A DNA stretch of 64,000 nucleotides from an uncultured virus (IMG/VR IMGVR_UViG_3300036770_003021) (Duplodnaviria > Heunggongvirae > Uroviricota > Caudoviricetes), in the IMG/VR virus record IMGVR_UViG_3300036770_003021, positions 1 to 64,000 of that record; one strand, given 5' to 3'. The position numbers were made by a program, and so were the translations under genes. Positions within the stretch are counted from its first letter, which is position 1. Every line of letters begins with the position of its first letter. This document shows, piece after piece, positions 40,098-48,990 of this stretch. Below the pieces are notes generated by a model. It did no database searches. It was not told the DNA's origin and saw only the letters and a program-made list of their open reading frames with translations.

Positions 40098-41486
40098 TTA
40101 ATTAAATAGAGAAATTGGTATTCTTCTCCACTGTCCTGCGCTGTATATATAAAAATAATTACCGTCGTAGCTTACCCATCCATCTTCACCGTAATCTGAT
40201 GATTGATATGGTACTTGATGGTAAAATTTGTCAGGAAATCTTTGAAATACTCTAAAAGCGGTATTTATTGGTCTTTTATTTGCGGTTGTGTAAATGGGAT
40301 TACCATTGCAATCGTATCCACTGATATAGGTTTGACTATTATAGTCATAATCAAATGTAGCAATTTCTCTTTTTAACCACCCCGCTGGATATTGATAAAC
40401 ATAGATATATTTAGAATCGTATGCTAACCAACCATTTTCTCCATAATCGGTGATAGATTTTGGAGCTGGATGAAATGGTGTTTTGGTAACACCTTCGGAA
40501 CTGGGTTGTATTTTATTATATCCGTCTAAATTTGTTACTTTATTTACATTTAGTGCCATTGTACCTTGACCTGTTACATCTGTGTAATCCAATGGACTAT
40601 CTTTTAAATTGCTACTATTTTTAATAATATTGTTTGAAATGTTTTCCATTTCACCTGCACTAGCAATTGCATTTTCTTGCAACATTACTTTTCTTACTGT
40701 AAATAGCTTTTGAGTAGTATTTTTTACCCCATTTAAATTTGTTATGTAATTTTCATTTAACAAATATGCATTGACATTTATATCAAATGATGTTTTGATA
40801 TTACGATCTTCGCCTTCATTGATTTCTTGTTCGATGCTATAACTGTCTATTCTGGCTCTGAACTTAAATCTTTCTGCGTCTCCCCAGTAATCTTTAGCTG
40901 CATAATTGATTTGTTCCAACAGCTTATTGTTTTGATCTACATAATCAGTCCAAATGATACATTCGTATGTAATATTTACTTGAACGGGTAAACTTACACT
41001 ATAAATTTGCTTGGTTGGTTTGCTTGCAAACGCACCTTTGTTCATCAAATCAAATCTGTCATATTTGTTTTTCTCGCTATAATTCATTATGGTTTCATAA
41101 CTCAAATAACGGTTAAATGTTGCAAGATCTTTGTTATTTTCTACACTTTTTCTACGAATCATAACAGCTGGCAACAATATTTTGCCTTGATTGTCTCTGA
41201 TATGACCAAACTTTTTCATAGCAAACCATCTTTCTGGATTGCCATATATAATTGGCACCTTGACAACTTCACCATTATCGTTTACTTGTAGTCTTAAAGT
41301 ACTATCTAATGTGTTGATAATAGCTGTATCAACGTCCAATAACGTTACAGTAAAATTCTTTTGTTTATCTGTATCACGACGAGTTGCGTTGGCTCTATTA
41401 TAGAACTTTTTAACATCTGATTGCGCAGATGCGTTTTCAATAGGATTTGGTGGCGGATTTGTATTAGTATTTGGACCCCAAGCCAT
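40098..41486 (-). CDS. gp15: Tail terminator / sheath stabiliser (T4 gp15-like) with a duplicated C-terminal module
   Basis: VKVPIIYGNPERW, LP...I.R, PV.V.I.Y...IWT, N...EQI; follows gp13 and gp14. Confidence 0.7.
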   Translation of the reverse strand: MAWGPNTNTNPPPNPIENASAQSDVKKFYNRANATRRDTDKQKNFTVTLLDVDTAIINTLDSTLRLQVNDNGEVVKVPIIYGNPERWFAMKKFGHIRDNQGKILLPAVMIRRKSVENNKDLATFNRYLSYETIMNYSEKNKYDRFDLMNKGAFASKPTKQIYSVSLPVQVNITYECIIWTDYVDQNNKLLEQINYAAKDYWGDAERFKFRARIDSYSIEQEINEGEDRNIKTSFDINVNAYLLNENYITNLNGVKNTTQKLFTVRKVMLQENAIASAGEMENISNNIIKNSSNLKDSPLDYTDVTGQGTMALNVNKVTNLDGYNKIQPSSEGVTKTPFHPAPKSITDYGENGWLAYDSKYIYVYQYPAGWLKREIATFDYDYNSQTYISGYDCNGNPIYTTANKRPINTAFRVFQRFPDKFYHQVPYQSSDYGEDGWVSYDGNYFYIYSAGQWRRIPISLFN

Positions 41487-41489
41487 AAA

Positions 41490-42059
41490 TTATGTTTGTC
41501 TTTCTACTAGGTTAATTTTGCTTAGTCTTGTGTAATGAGTATTAACAATCAAACTCCAAGACTTATCAGGATGACCACCCAAGAATTGTTCTTGAACTAC
41601 GTTATCAATTTCGTAATAACGTTCATTGTAAAGCACCAAATCGCCAATTTCTGGGAAATAGTTCGTGGTAATACAATCACGTTCTCTAAATCTGTAAACA
41701 ATATCTTGTTTTCTATCAGGTCCGTATCCTTGATTTTCTGTGTTAATGTCTTCACGTTGTACCAAACAACTCAAGTCTATGCCAGAGTAAAAAACCTTAC
41801 CCTTATCACTACTACTTTCACCGTAGATATTGGTATTGGTTTCATAAGCCGCAATTTTAAATACTTGCACAACGCATTCGATTATATCACCAATTAATTC
41901 AGAATTAACACTTCCCAAAAAATTTATATCTCTTGGAGAAAAGTATCTACCGGGAGAATAATTATTGTTATAAATACCCACATCTTTACGTGTAGATGTC
42001 CAGTATTGCTTAAAAGCCGGATTTTGTTTAGGGTATTGTGGTGATACAGGTGCTGCCAT
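41490..42059 (-). CDS. gp14: Neck / head-closure protein (T4 gp14-like)
   Basis: NIYGES..K.F, PEIGDLV.Y...YYEID.V; lies between gp13 and gp15. Confidence 0.65.
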   Translation of the reverse strand: MAAPVSPQYPKQNPAFKQYWTSTRKDVGIYNNNYSPGRYFSPRDINFLGSVNSELIGDIIECVVQVFKIAAYETNTNIYGESSSDKGKVFYSGIDLSCLVQREDINTENQGYGPDRKQDIVYRFRERDCITTNYFPEIGDLVLYNERYYEIDNVVQEQFLGGHPDKSWSLIVNTHYTRLSKINLVERQT

Positions 42060-42062
42060 AAA

Positions 42063-43292
42063 TTATCCTATATAAATGTGTAGTGGCACTCTGGAAAGCA
42101 TCTTATTCATTTCTTCGCTTTCCTTACCTTTATTTTCCAATTGATTGACACGTAAGGTTTTCTCCAACATATCTCTTAATTTTTCAAGCAATGTGTCTTT
42201 TTCTTCCTTGGCTTCAGCACGCAATTCTGCACCGTCGAGAGTTACTTCGCCACCTGGAATTGGTACCGTACTATATTTTTGTAATATACGACCCAACGTT
42301 TCTTTGCACAAAGCCAAGAAATATTTCTTGATCCACTGTTTGCCTGGTTGATTTATCTTACAATATGTACAGTATTCGTATGGTATATCACTTGGATCGC
42401 TAATGTATTCATAACGAGATCCACTATAAAAGTTGGTAATATCACGTTCACTTTCAACTATATAATCTATATAAACTTTGAAATTGTCGGTTGGAATTGG
42501 AAATATTCTCAACTTATTATTACCTAGAATTTCAAAACTATATGCGCTTTTACGAACCATATCATTAAACTCAATAGCTTGTACACGTTCCAAGTCTTCA
42601 AAGATCGGAGTCATTAAGAATTGTGTAGCAGGACTGTATGCGCTAAATCCCATTTCTGTTAGTACGTTACTATAACTCATACCAGTCATACTAAACGGAT
42701 CATAAATACGAGCAATTGCTGGTGGTCTTTGGTGAAATACACGTTTAACTTCGATACGAGAACCTGTCAAGTGTTCAATATCTTTGCCAATCAATTGATT
42801 TAAGTCATAAACTTGTTGTGTGCTGCTTGGATTAACACTGCCACTGACAGTAATATAATTGCGTTTAACTTCATATTCACCGCCAACAAGTGCTTCTGCA
42901 CCATATTGTTTGCTCAATTGAATTATAAAAGGCAATCCTGTACTTTTTACTCCTAGACCTGTTAAATTTTTGTATTGGTTTTGTGGTAATCCTTGTAAAT
43001 TTACCATATTATTAACGATGTTGAATTCGTTAACTACACGGTTATATTCCAATACAGATTCTTCAAAACAGGCATAAAAATTAACATCGATCATTTCAAT
43101 ATCGACGATAGGATAACCCAAACGTTTTGCTGCCCACATAGCACTACTACTACAATCATTTTCAAAAGTAGTTTCGCCAGATCCTGTGTTACAACTTTCG
43201 CTTAAGTAATAACCAAATGGCACAGTGTTTTGAGTAACACTACTACCACTCCCAGGCCATCTTACCCTATCTTGATCTAAATTAGCACTCAT
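42063..43292 (-). CDS. gp13: Neck protein (T4 gp13-like)
   Basis: RLGYPIVDIE, QWIKKY.LAL.KE.LG..L.KY..PIPGGEVTLDG..L..EA. Confidence 0.85.
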   Translation of the reverse strand: MSANLDQDRVRWPGSGSSVTQNTVPFGYYLSESCNTGSGETTFENDCSSSAMWAAKRLGYPIVDIEMIDVNFYACFEESVLEYNRVVNEFNIVNNMVNLQGLPQNQYKNLTGLGVKSTGLPFIIQLSKQYGAEALVGGEYEVKRNYITVSGSVNPSSTQQVYDLNQLIGKDIEHLTGSRIEVKRVFHQRPPAIARIYDPFSMTGMSYSNVLTEMGFSAYSPATQFLMTPIFEDLERVQAIEFNDMVRKSAYSFEILGNNKLRIFPIPTDNFKVYIDYIVESERDITNFYSGSRYEYISDPSDIPYEYCTYCKINQPGKQWIKKYFLALCKETLGRILQKYSTVPIPGGEVTLDGAELRAEAKEEKDTLLEKLRDMLEKTLRVNQLENKGKESEEMNKMLSRVPLHIYIG

Positions 43293-43331
43293 TAATTATA
43301 AATATCTCTTGACTGAGATAATACAACTAAA

Positions 43332-44618
43332 TTAGTGAATTAGTAACCAAGTTCCTATTACATCTGCTCTATTTGCACTGTCATCGCCATCGCCTGGTTT
43401 AACAATAACATTCCATTTTGGCATAACTCCCACAGGAATACTCATCATTTCGTCGTAAGTAATAACACTATCTTCAGGTACGTTATACTTTAATGTCAAC
43501 TTTTTCTTTAAAATATCAATAGCTGCTGGCGATTTATAAACCAACTTTTTAATTAATTTAGGTTGTTTGTTGGGTTTTTTTGGATCTGGTATAAAATCTG
43601 GATCGGGAATTTCCATTCTATCAACCAAATCAGCAAACATTTGTTTTGGTACTACCGTAGAATGTTTAGTGGTTTGTAGATTTATTTGTTTTTCTTGATC
43701 TGGTTTTGCACCAGCACTAAAATTCATTTTGAAATTTACTGGCTTATCACCTTTAGCAACACTTGCCATCTTGGTATAAGCGTAGAAATCTACATCGGGA
43801 AACATTCTAGCAACATTATATGCTAAATTCAAATAATCTTCACTAAAGAAATCACCAGAATCGTGCCATCTGATTACTGTTTTGACTTTCTTTTTTTTAT
43901 TTTTATCATATGCGGATTTAATTTCAGCTGCCAACATATTTCTATAACCTTCTGGGTCATTTAACAAAAAGTTAAGTTGTCTTGTTTGTGATGTGTTAAC
44001 AGGCATATATTGTACATAACCGCCTTTTTTAGCATAACAATAAACTTTACACGCACCTGCGCCCGGACAAGTATTTATGATAACAAACTTTTGATTTTTT
44101 TCGTCATATCCAAGGCCTTGTAAAGCTGGCAATCCTATATTATAAAACTGAGTACTTTCTCCGCCACTGTGTGAGATTTTTTCATTTTGTTTTAAAATCT
44201 TATCAGGTCGTGTTGTAATATGGGTTTTTAACTTAGATAAATCAAACTTGCGTCCATTTGGATCTACGATTTGTATTTCTCTTGCAAGTTTCGGATGTAC
44301 ATATGGAAACTTAAATTTATCAGTTGGATCTTTTGTGGTAGTGTACTTTTGTTTGCCTTTTTTATCCAATTTAGGTAATCCAGTTTTTTTGTAAAAGTCA
44401 GGCTTACCGGCGGATCTATCCAAATATCCTTGTAGTGCATCAGAAGGCAATTCTGTGGTGCCAGCGCCTAACATATCAGCTTCGTCTAATTCGATTTCAA
44501 ATTCAGATTCTGGTCCTAATTGTTGTGCTACAAATGAATCAAGTGATTGAATAGCTGATGATGGCAATCCAATTCCTTCATACATTTTAGCTTCTGTTAA
44601 TAAATCGATAAATTTCAT
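43332..44618 (-). CDS. Gp88-like protein (CxxxxxCxxxC, radical-SAM-related)
   Basis: TCPGAGACKVYCYA, IRWHDSGDF, FYAYTK; N-terminal extension starting MKFIDLLTE. Confidence 0.75.
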   Translation of the reverse strand: MKFIDLLTEAKMYEGIGLPSSAIQSLDSFVAQQLGPESEFEIELDEADMLGAGTTELPSDALQGYLDRSAGKPDFYKKTGLPKLDKKGKQKYTTTKDPTDKFKFPYVHPKLAREIQIVDPNGRKFDLSKLKTHITTRPDKILKQNEKISHSGGESTQFYNIGLPALQGLGYDEKNQKFVIINTCPGAGACKVYCYAKKGGYVQYMPVNTSQTRQLNFLLNDPEGYRNMLAAEIKSAYDKNKKKKVKTVIRWHDSGDFFSEDYLNLAYNVARMFPDVDFYAYTKMASVAKGDKPVNFKMNFSAGAKPDQEKQINLQTTKHSTVVPKQMFADLVDRMEIPDPDFIPDPKKPNKQPKLIKKLVYKSPAAIDILKKKLTLKYNVPEDSVITYDEMMSIPVGVMPKWNVIVKPGDGDDSANRADVIGTWLLIH

Positions 44619-44887
44619 ACGTGTTTTGTTATTTTTACTTTTAAATTACCAGTGCCTTTTATTACACGGTGATATGTTTCTTTGGGTATAAATATTGTTT
44701 CTTTAAGTAATTGTGGTAGATTATTGTCCAATTGAAACTGCCAATCTATATTTTCTATAACTTCTATAGTTCTATCTTCTTTGTCTATATGCCATTCCAA
44801 TTCGTGCGTATCTACATCAGTACTAAATTCTCTTATATACTGATTGTTACCCACGGATTTTTCTGTGAACGGCAAATCCATTACCAA
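44615..44887 (-). CDS. Small cupin-like protein
   Basis: WH.D.EDR...W.FQ.D and IFIPKETYHRVIKG cupin-type motifs. Confidence 0.6.
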   Translation of the reverse strand: MVMDLPFTEKSVGNNQYIREFSTDVDTHELEWHIDKEDRTIEVIENIDWQFQLDNNLPQLLKETIFIPKETYHRVIKGTGNLKVKITKHV

Positions 44888-45489
44888 TACTTTCCTCGCC
44901 CTTTGTTACCAAGAGAACGCATTCTGTGACTACGGCAACTCCAGTATCCAGCGGTGGTTCTATCTTTCTTTTGACTACATTTGTGTCTAGCAGCAAAACT
45001 CTTACGACGAGCCTTGTTACCAGCTCTACTTCTCATATTTGGATCACCAAATGTTACTTTTTTAACTTTGCCATTCTTGGATTTAACATATACCGCATAC
45101 TTTTTAGGGCCACCTGGAGTTCTAAATGGTCTACTTAAATGAACTGTGCGACCTCTATGTTTCAACTCCATCAATAAATCTTCTTCGTCTTCGATAGGCG
45201 CATCCAAATATACTTCTCTACCTTCAAATATAGCCTTTTTACCCAAATCACTTTCAACCAATTCAGCGTCAGCGTCACACAGTTCTATTAAATTTTGAAA
45301 ATACAAAGTACGAACTTCTTCGATTAAATCAAAATAAGACTCACTATAGGTTCTAAAAATGTTTTCGCTAAGTGGAATTTTATTGTCAATATGATAACGC
45401 AAATAAGAACTCATCACTGGTTCTATGTTCTTGGGATGTGCCATCGGACACAACGAATCGTTCTCCATTAAGTCATTAAGTTTGATCAT
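44881..45489 (-). CDS. Hypothetical phage protein with basic C-terminal domain
   Basis: Leader MIKLNDLME; acidic N-half; basic domain PKKYAVYVK...VTFGDP...RKSFAARHKC...YWSC after LLME. Confidence 0.7.
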   Translation of the reverse strand: MIKLNDLMENDSLCPMAHPKNIEPVMSSYLRYHIDNKIPLSENIFRTYSESYFDLIEEVRTLYFQNLIELCDADAELVESDLGKKAIFEGREVYLDAPIEDEEDLLMELKHRGRTVHLSRPFRTPGGPKKYAVYVKSKNGKVKKVTFGDPNMRSRAGNKARRKSFAARHKCSQKKDRTTAGYWSCRSHRMRSLGNKGRGKYW

Positions 45490-45492
45490 ATT

Positions 45493-45530
45493 GATAAATA
45501 TTAGTTTTATTATAAAAAATAATATTTATA
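45493..45530. promoter_or_regulatory. Back-to-back divergent TATTTAT late-promoter motifs
   Basis: TATTTATC on minus (45493-45500) 3 nt from the ATG at 45489; TATTTATA on plus (45523-45530) 4 nt from the ATG at 45535. Confidence 0.65.
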
Positions 45531-45534
45531 TTAT

Positions 45535-46500
45535 ATGAACTTTAAAAAACAACTGTTTTACACCATCGTAATTTTAATACTAACCGGTTGTATTTCTTCT
45601 GAAGTTAGACCGGCGAAGCAAGTTACAACTGCACAAGACGCTGTTGCTAAACAAGAAGCCAAAGTAGATAATACGATGGTAGAGTTGGAAAAAGTAGAAA
45701 AAGGCAAACGTGTACAAGCATCGTCTTTGTCTATAGGTATTCAACACTCTTTGAGTCAAGTAACAAACCCGTCAGTACAAGTAGATACTGCTAAATCACT
45801 CAATGAACGTGTAATTTCTATAGTTGGATCACCACACATAGATGAAATTAAACGTATAAAAGCTACCGTTGATTTATTAAACAGTCAAGTTGCCGAGGAA
45901 AGAAAGAAGGGCGATCAATTACTATCACAACGTGACGAAATCATAAACAAATTGCAAAAAGAAAAGTCTGCTTTAAAAGAAAAGTATGACGATGAATTAT
46001 GGCAAATGACTGATAAAGCAAAAGAAATTGCAAAAGAAGCTGATCAAAGCAAGGCTACTTTGGATGCTATGAGTGGTATGTTTGGTCTTAATGCTGTATT
46101 TTGGGGTTTAAAGAAGTTCTTTGTTAGTGCAATGACTGCAATTATCATATTTGTTGTGGTATTTGTTATATTAAGAATATTAGCAACAGTACATCCTGCA
46201 GCTGGTGCAGCGTTTAGTATATTTAATATGATTGGTTCTGGATTACTAAGTTTGGTAAAAGCATTAACTCCACATGCATTTGAATTGGCTAACTTCGCTT
46301 CAAAAGACAAAGTTGACGAATTCAAGTCTCCACTTGTTAAAATAGTTGATGTAATTCAAGAACTAAAAGAAAAACAAAAAGAATCTCCTGATAGAGTATA
46401 TCCATTGACTGAAGTATTGAAAAGATTTGATAAAGAAATGGATAGTTCCGAAAAAGAATTGATTGATGACATTCTAAAAGAACAAAAGTGGATTAAATAA
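45535..46500 (+). CDS. Lipoprotein with coiled coil and C-terminal transmembrane segment(s); u-spanin-like topology
   Basis: Lipobox ILTG|C at residue 19, heptad-rich region, strongly hydrophobic AMTAIIIFVVVFVILRIL. Confidence 0.7.
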   Translation: MNFKKQLFYTIVILILTGCISSEVRPAKQVTTAQDAVAKQEAKVDNTMVELEKVEKGKRVQASSLSIGIQHSLSQVTNPSVQVDTAKSLNERVISIVGSPHIDEIKRIKATVDLLNSQVAEERKKGDQLLSQRDEIINKLQKEKSALKEKYDDELWQMTDKAKEIAKEADQSKATLDAMSGMFGLNAVFWGLKKFFVSAMTAIIIFVVVFVILRILATVHPAAGAAFSIFNMIGSGLLSLVKALTPHAFELANFASKDKVDEFKSPLVKIVDVIQELKEKQKESPDRVYPLTEVLKRFDKEMDSSEKELIDDILKEQKWIK

Positions 46501-46575
46501 ATTAATATTTATATTTATTATATAATTGTTTTAGATTGTTAACAAATGTTATGTGTTAATAAACTAAAGACGATT

Positions 46576-46953
46576 ATGGATACAAATACAGCACACGTAA
46601 TATCTCAACAGGTACTAGAATCAACCGCACAAGATATGACAGGCAAATATGTCTGGATGTTCGTAGCGGGATTAGTAATTCTAATGTTTAAATCAAGCAT
46701 TGAAAAACTTGCCGCGGCACTGTTTATGTTTATTGGGTCCGATTACAAAGAAGATGATGTTGTATATATTGATGGCAAACCCGGCAGAATTGTTCGTGTG
46801 GGACTTACAAAAACTGTATTTTTCATATATGACGTAGTAGATGGTAAGGTTGTAGGCGGAAGTAAATTAGTTATCCAAAATGAAAGACTAGCTGGTCTAA
46901 ACATAGAAAAACCACTACCTCAATTGGATTTAAGCCGTTTCAAAAAAGACTAA
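46576..46953 (+). CDS. Small membrane protein with MscS-like beta domain
   Basis: TM helix, then YKEDDVVYIDGKPGRIVRVGLTKT...KLVIQN, matching the MscS GD.I.I....G.V..I....T pattern. Confidence 0.65.
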   Translation: MDTNTAHVISQQVLESTAQDMTGKYVWMFVAGLVILMFKSSIEKLAAALFMFIGSDYKEDDVVYIDGKPGRIVRVGLTKTVFFIYDVVDGKVVGGSKLVIQNERLAGLNIEKPLPQLDLSRFKKD

Positions 46954-46968
46954 TTTACTAATTAAACT

Positions 46969-48744
46969 ATGGCTATTAACATTTTTACCCACATCAAACG
47001 TGGGTTATACGATAACGTCTACAACTGTATCGAAAAAGAAAAAGTAGATGTCAATCAAAGAGACGATGATACAGGCAATCCACCATTGGTTGTTGCTGTA
47101 GAAGAAAATCAAGTGGAAATCGTAAAACTACTGTTAAATCACGGTGCAGATCCCAACTGTAAAGATTGGACCAGTAAAAATACAGCACTGGATGTAGCTG
47201 AACAAAAAGGTTTTAAAAACATCGCAGAAATACTACAACAAAGAGGGGCAAAATACAGTAGCGGTAGTAGCTTCCATTTGGCTGCAAAAAATGGTGATAT
47301 CGTTTCTATTGAAGAAATGTTAGACAAAGGATGTGATATAAATGAAGTTGACGCTGGTAAAGGTTGGACTGCACTACATTATGCTGTAAATTATGGACAA
47401 AAACACTTGGTTGAATATCTAATTATAAGAGGTGCTGATGTCAACAAGAAAGATTTCTTGGGTAAAAACAATCCTATTGACGTACTATCCAATACCAATA
47501 GAGGTGATGTTGTTAAATTGTTGAATAAGTACGGTGCTAAATCCGCAGGTGGTACCAGCATTCATTTTTGCGCGGAAACTGGTGATTTTGAAGGTGTACA
47601 ATCATTCTTTGATAAAGATGGTAAAATCAATGGCAGAGATGAAAAGAATGGATGGATGCCACTACATTATGCCGTTAACGCTAACGATGTTGATATGGTG
47701 GAATTTTTGGTACATTTAGGTGCGAATGTTAACGGTGCGGATTTCAAAGGTGAAATTGCTCCGTTAGACATTGCATTCAAGACTGGAAATGTAGAAATGC
47801 AAACATATCTACAATCCAAAGGTGCGCAAAGAAAAAAGAAACACGATATTGGTGGTGGTGGAAAAGATGTAAACATATACATCACAGATGAAGTTAAAAA
47901 ACAAATTGCATTGTTTGTTGAAAAACGTAATCGTGAAGAAGCTGCAATAAAGAAACACGAAGAAGAACAAGCAACAAAAGAACCAAAGAAAAAAGATGCA
48001 CCAGCTAAGAAAATCAACTGGAAGGATTTCTTGAAACTTAAAGATATTCCAGTGGTAGAAAAGAAAGAAGAAAAGAAGGTAGAAGTTGTTAAACCTGTCA
48101 AACAAGTTGCCAAGAAAGTTGAACAAGTTGATGTAGAAGTCAAATCTGGTAGATTGCAATTGGATGTAGAACAAGAAGGTTATATATTCTTTATGGACAT
48201 TGTTGCTTATAGTAAGAAAACAACAGATGAACAAAAGAAAGCTTGTAAAGATTTGGGTACATTAGTCAAGTCTACAATGCAATACAAAACAGCTAATGCT
48301 CTTGAAAAGTTAATTATATTACCTACTGGCGATGGTATGGTATTGGGATTCTTTACTTATTTGGAAGATGCAATGAATTGTGCAGTTACTATAGCTAAAG
48401 CAGTAAAGGATAGACCAGATTTACAAATGAGAATGGGTGTACATTGTGGGCCTGTAATACCAATGGAAGATATTAATGGCAATCTCAATATCAGTGGTGA
48501 TGGTATCAATTATGCTCAAAGAGTAATGGATGCGGGTGAAAGCAATCATCTATTGGTTAGTTCAGCAGTAATGTTAAAATATGATAGACCGCCATATGTA
48601 TTAGTAAATGACTTGGGAGATGTGGTTGTGAAACACGGTGTAGTTATGCATTTGTATAGTTTACACGGTAGTGATTTTGGTAACAAAGCATTTCCATCTA
48701 GTAGAGTAAAGAAAGTAGAACCAACAACAAATAAACCAGTATGA
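46969..48744 (+). CDS. Ankyrin-repeat protein fused to a class III nucleotide cyclase
   Basis: About 9 ANK repeats (GWTALHYAV, GADVN); cyclase motifs FFMDIVAYS, PTGDG, RMGVHCGPV, GDGINYAQRV. Confidence 0.88.
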   Translation: MAINIFTHIKRGLYDNVYNCIEKEKVDVNQRDDDTGNPPLVVAVEENQVEIVKLLLNHGADPNCKDWTSKNTALDVAEQKGFKNIAEILQQRGAKYSSGSSFHLAAKNGDIVSIEEMLDKGCDINEVDAGKGWTALHYAVNYGQKHLVEYLIIRGADVNKKDFLGKNNPIDVLSNTNRGDVVKLLNKYGAKSAGGTSIHFCAETGDFEGVQSFFDKDGKINGRDEKNGWMPLHYAVNANDVDMVEFLVHLGANVNGADFKGEIAPLDIAFKTGNVEMQTYLQSKGAQRKKKHDIGGGGKDVNIYITDEVKKQIALFVEKRNREEAAIKKHEEEQATKEPKKKDAPAKKINWKDFLKLKDIPVVEKKEEKKVEVVKPVKQVAKKVEQVDVEVKSGRLQLDVEQEGYIFFMDIVAYSKKTTDEQKKACKDLGTLVKSTMQYKTANALEKLIILPTGDGMVLGFFTYLEDAMNCAVTIAKAVKDRPDLQMRMGVHCGPVIPMEDINGNLNISGDGINYAQRVMDAGESNHLLVSSAVMLKYDRPPYVLVNDLGDVVVKHGVVMHLYSLHGSDFGNKAFPSSRVKKVEPTTNKPV

Positions 48745-48953
48745 AAACAATGCCTTTAGTAAGACAATATCATCCAAGTATTGTTAATACAGACTTGGAT
48801 GTATACAAAATAAAGGATAGAGTTATGGCAGCTCCTATAAATAATCACCCTGATCCATTTCAAGTAATAGATAGACTTGGTATCAATAAGATTAATGATA
48901 CCAAAATCAGAACTGTGGTTTATAATTCCAAAGGTCTTTTTTATATAATATAA
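48741..48953 (+). CDS. Small hypothetical protein
   Basis: 70-aa ORF overlapping the cyclase stop (ATGA). Confidence 0.5.
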   Translation: MKTMPLVRQYHPSIVNTDLDVYKIKDRVMAAPINNHPDPFQVIDRLGINKINDTKIRTVVYNSKGLFYII

Positions 48954-48956
48954 ATC

Positions 48957-48984
48957 TTGACAGTTAGAGTTATATGGTTATACT
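48957..48984 (+). promoter_or_regulatory. sigma70-like promoter TTGACA-N16-TATACT, probably leaderless
   Basis: -10 ends 6 nt before the ATG at 48991; no Shine-Dalgarno. Confidence 0.65.
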
Positions 48985-48990
48985 GAAATA

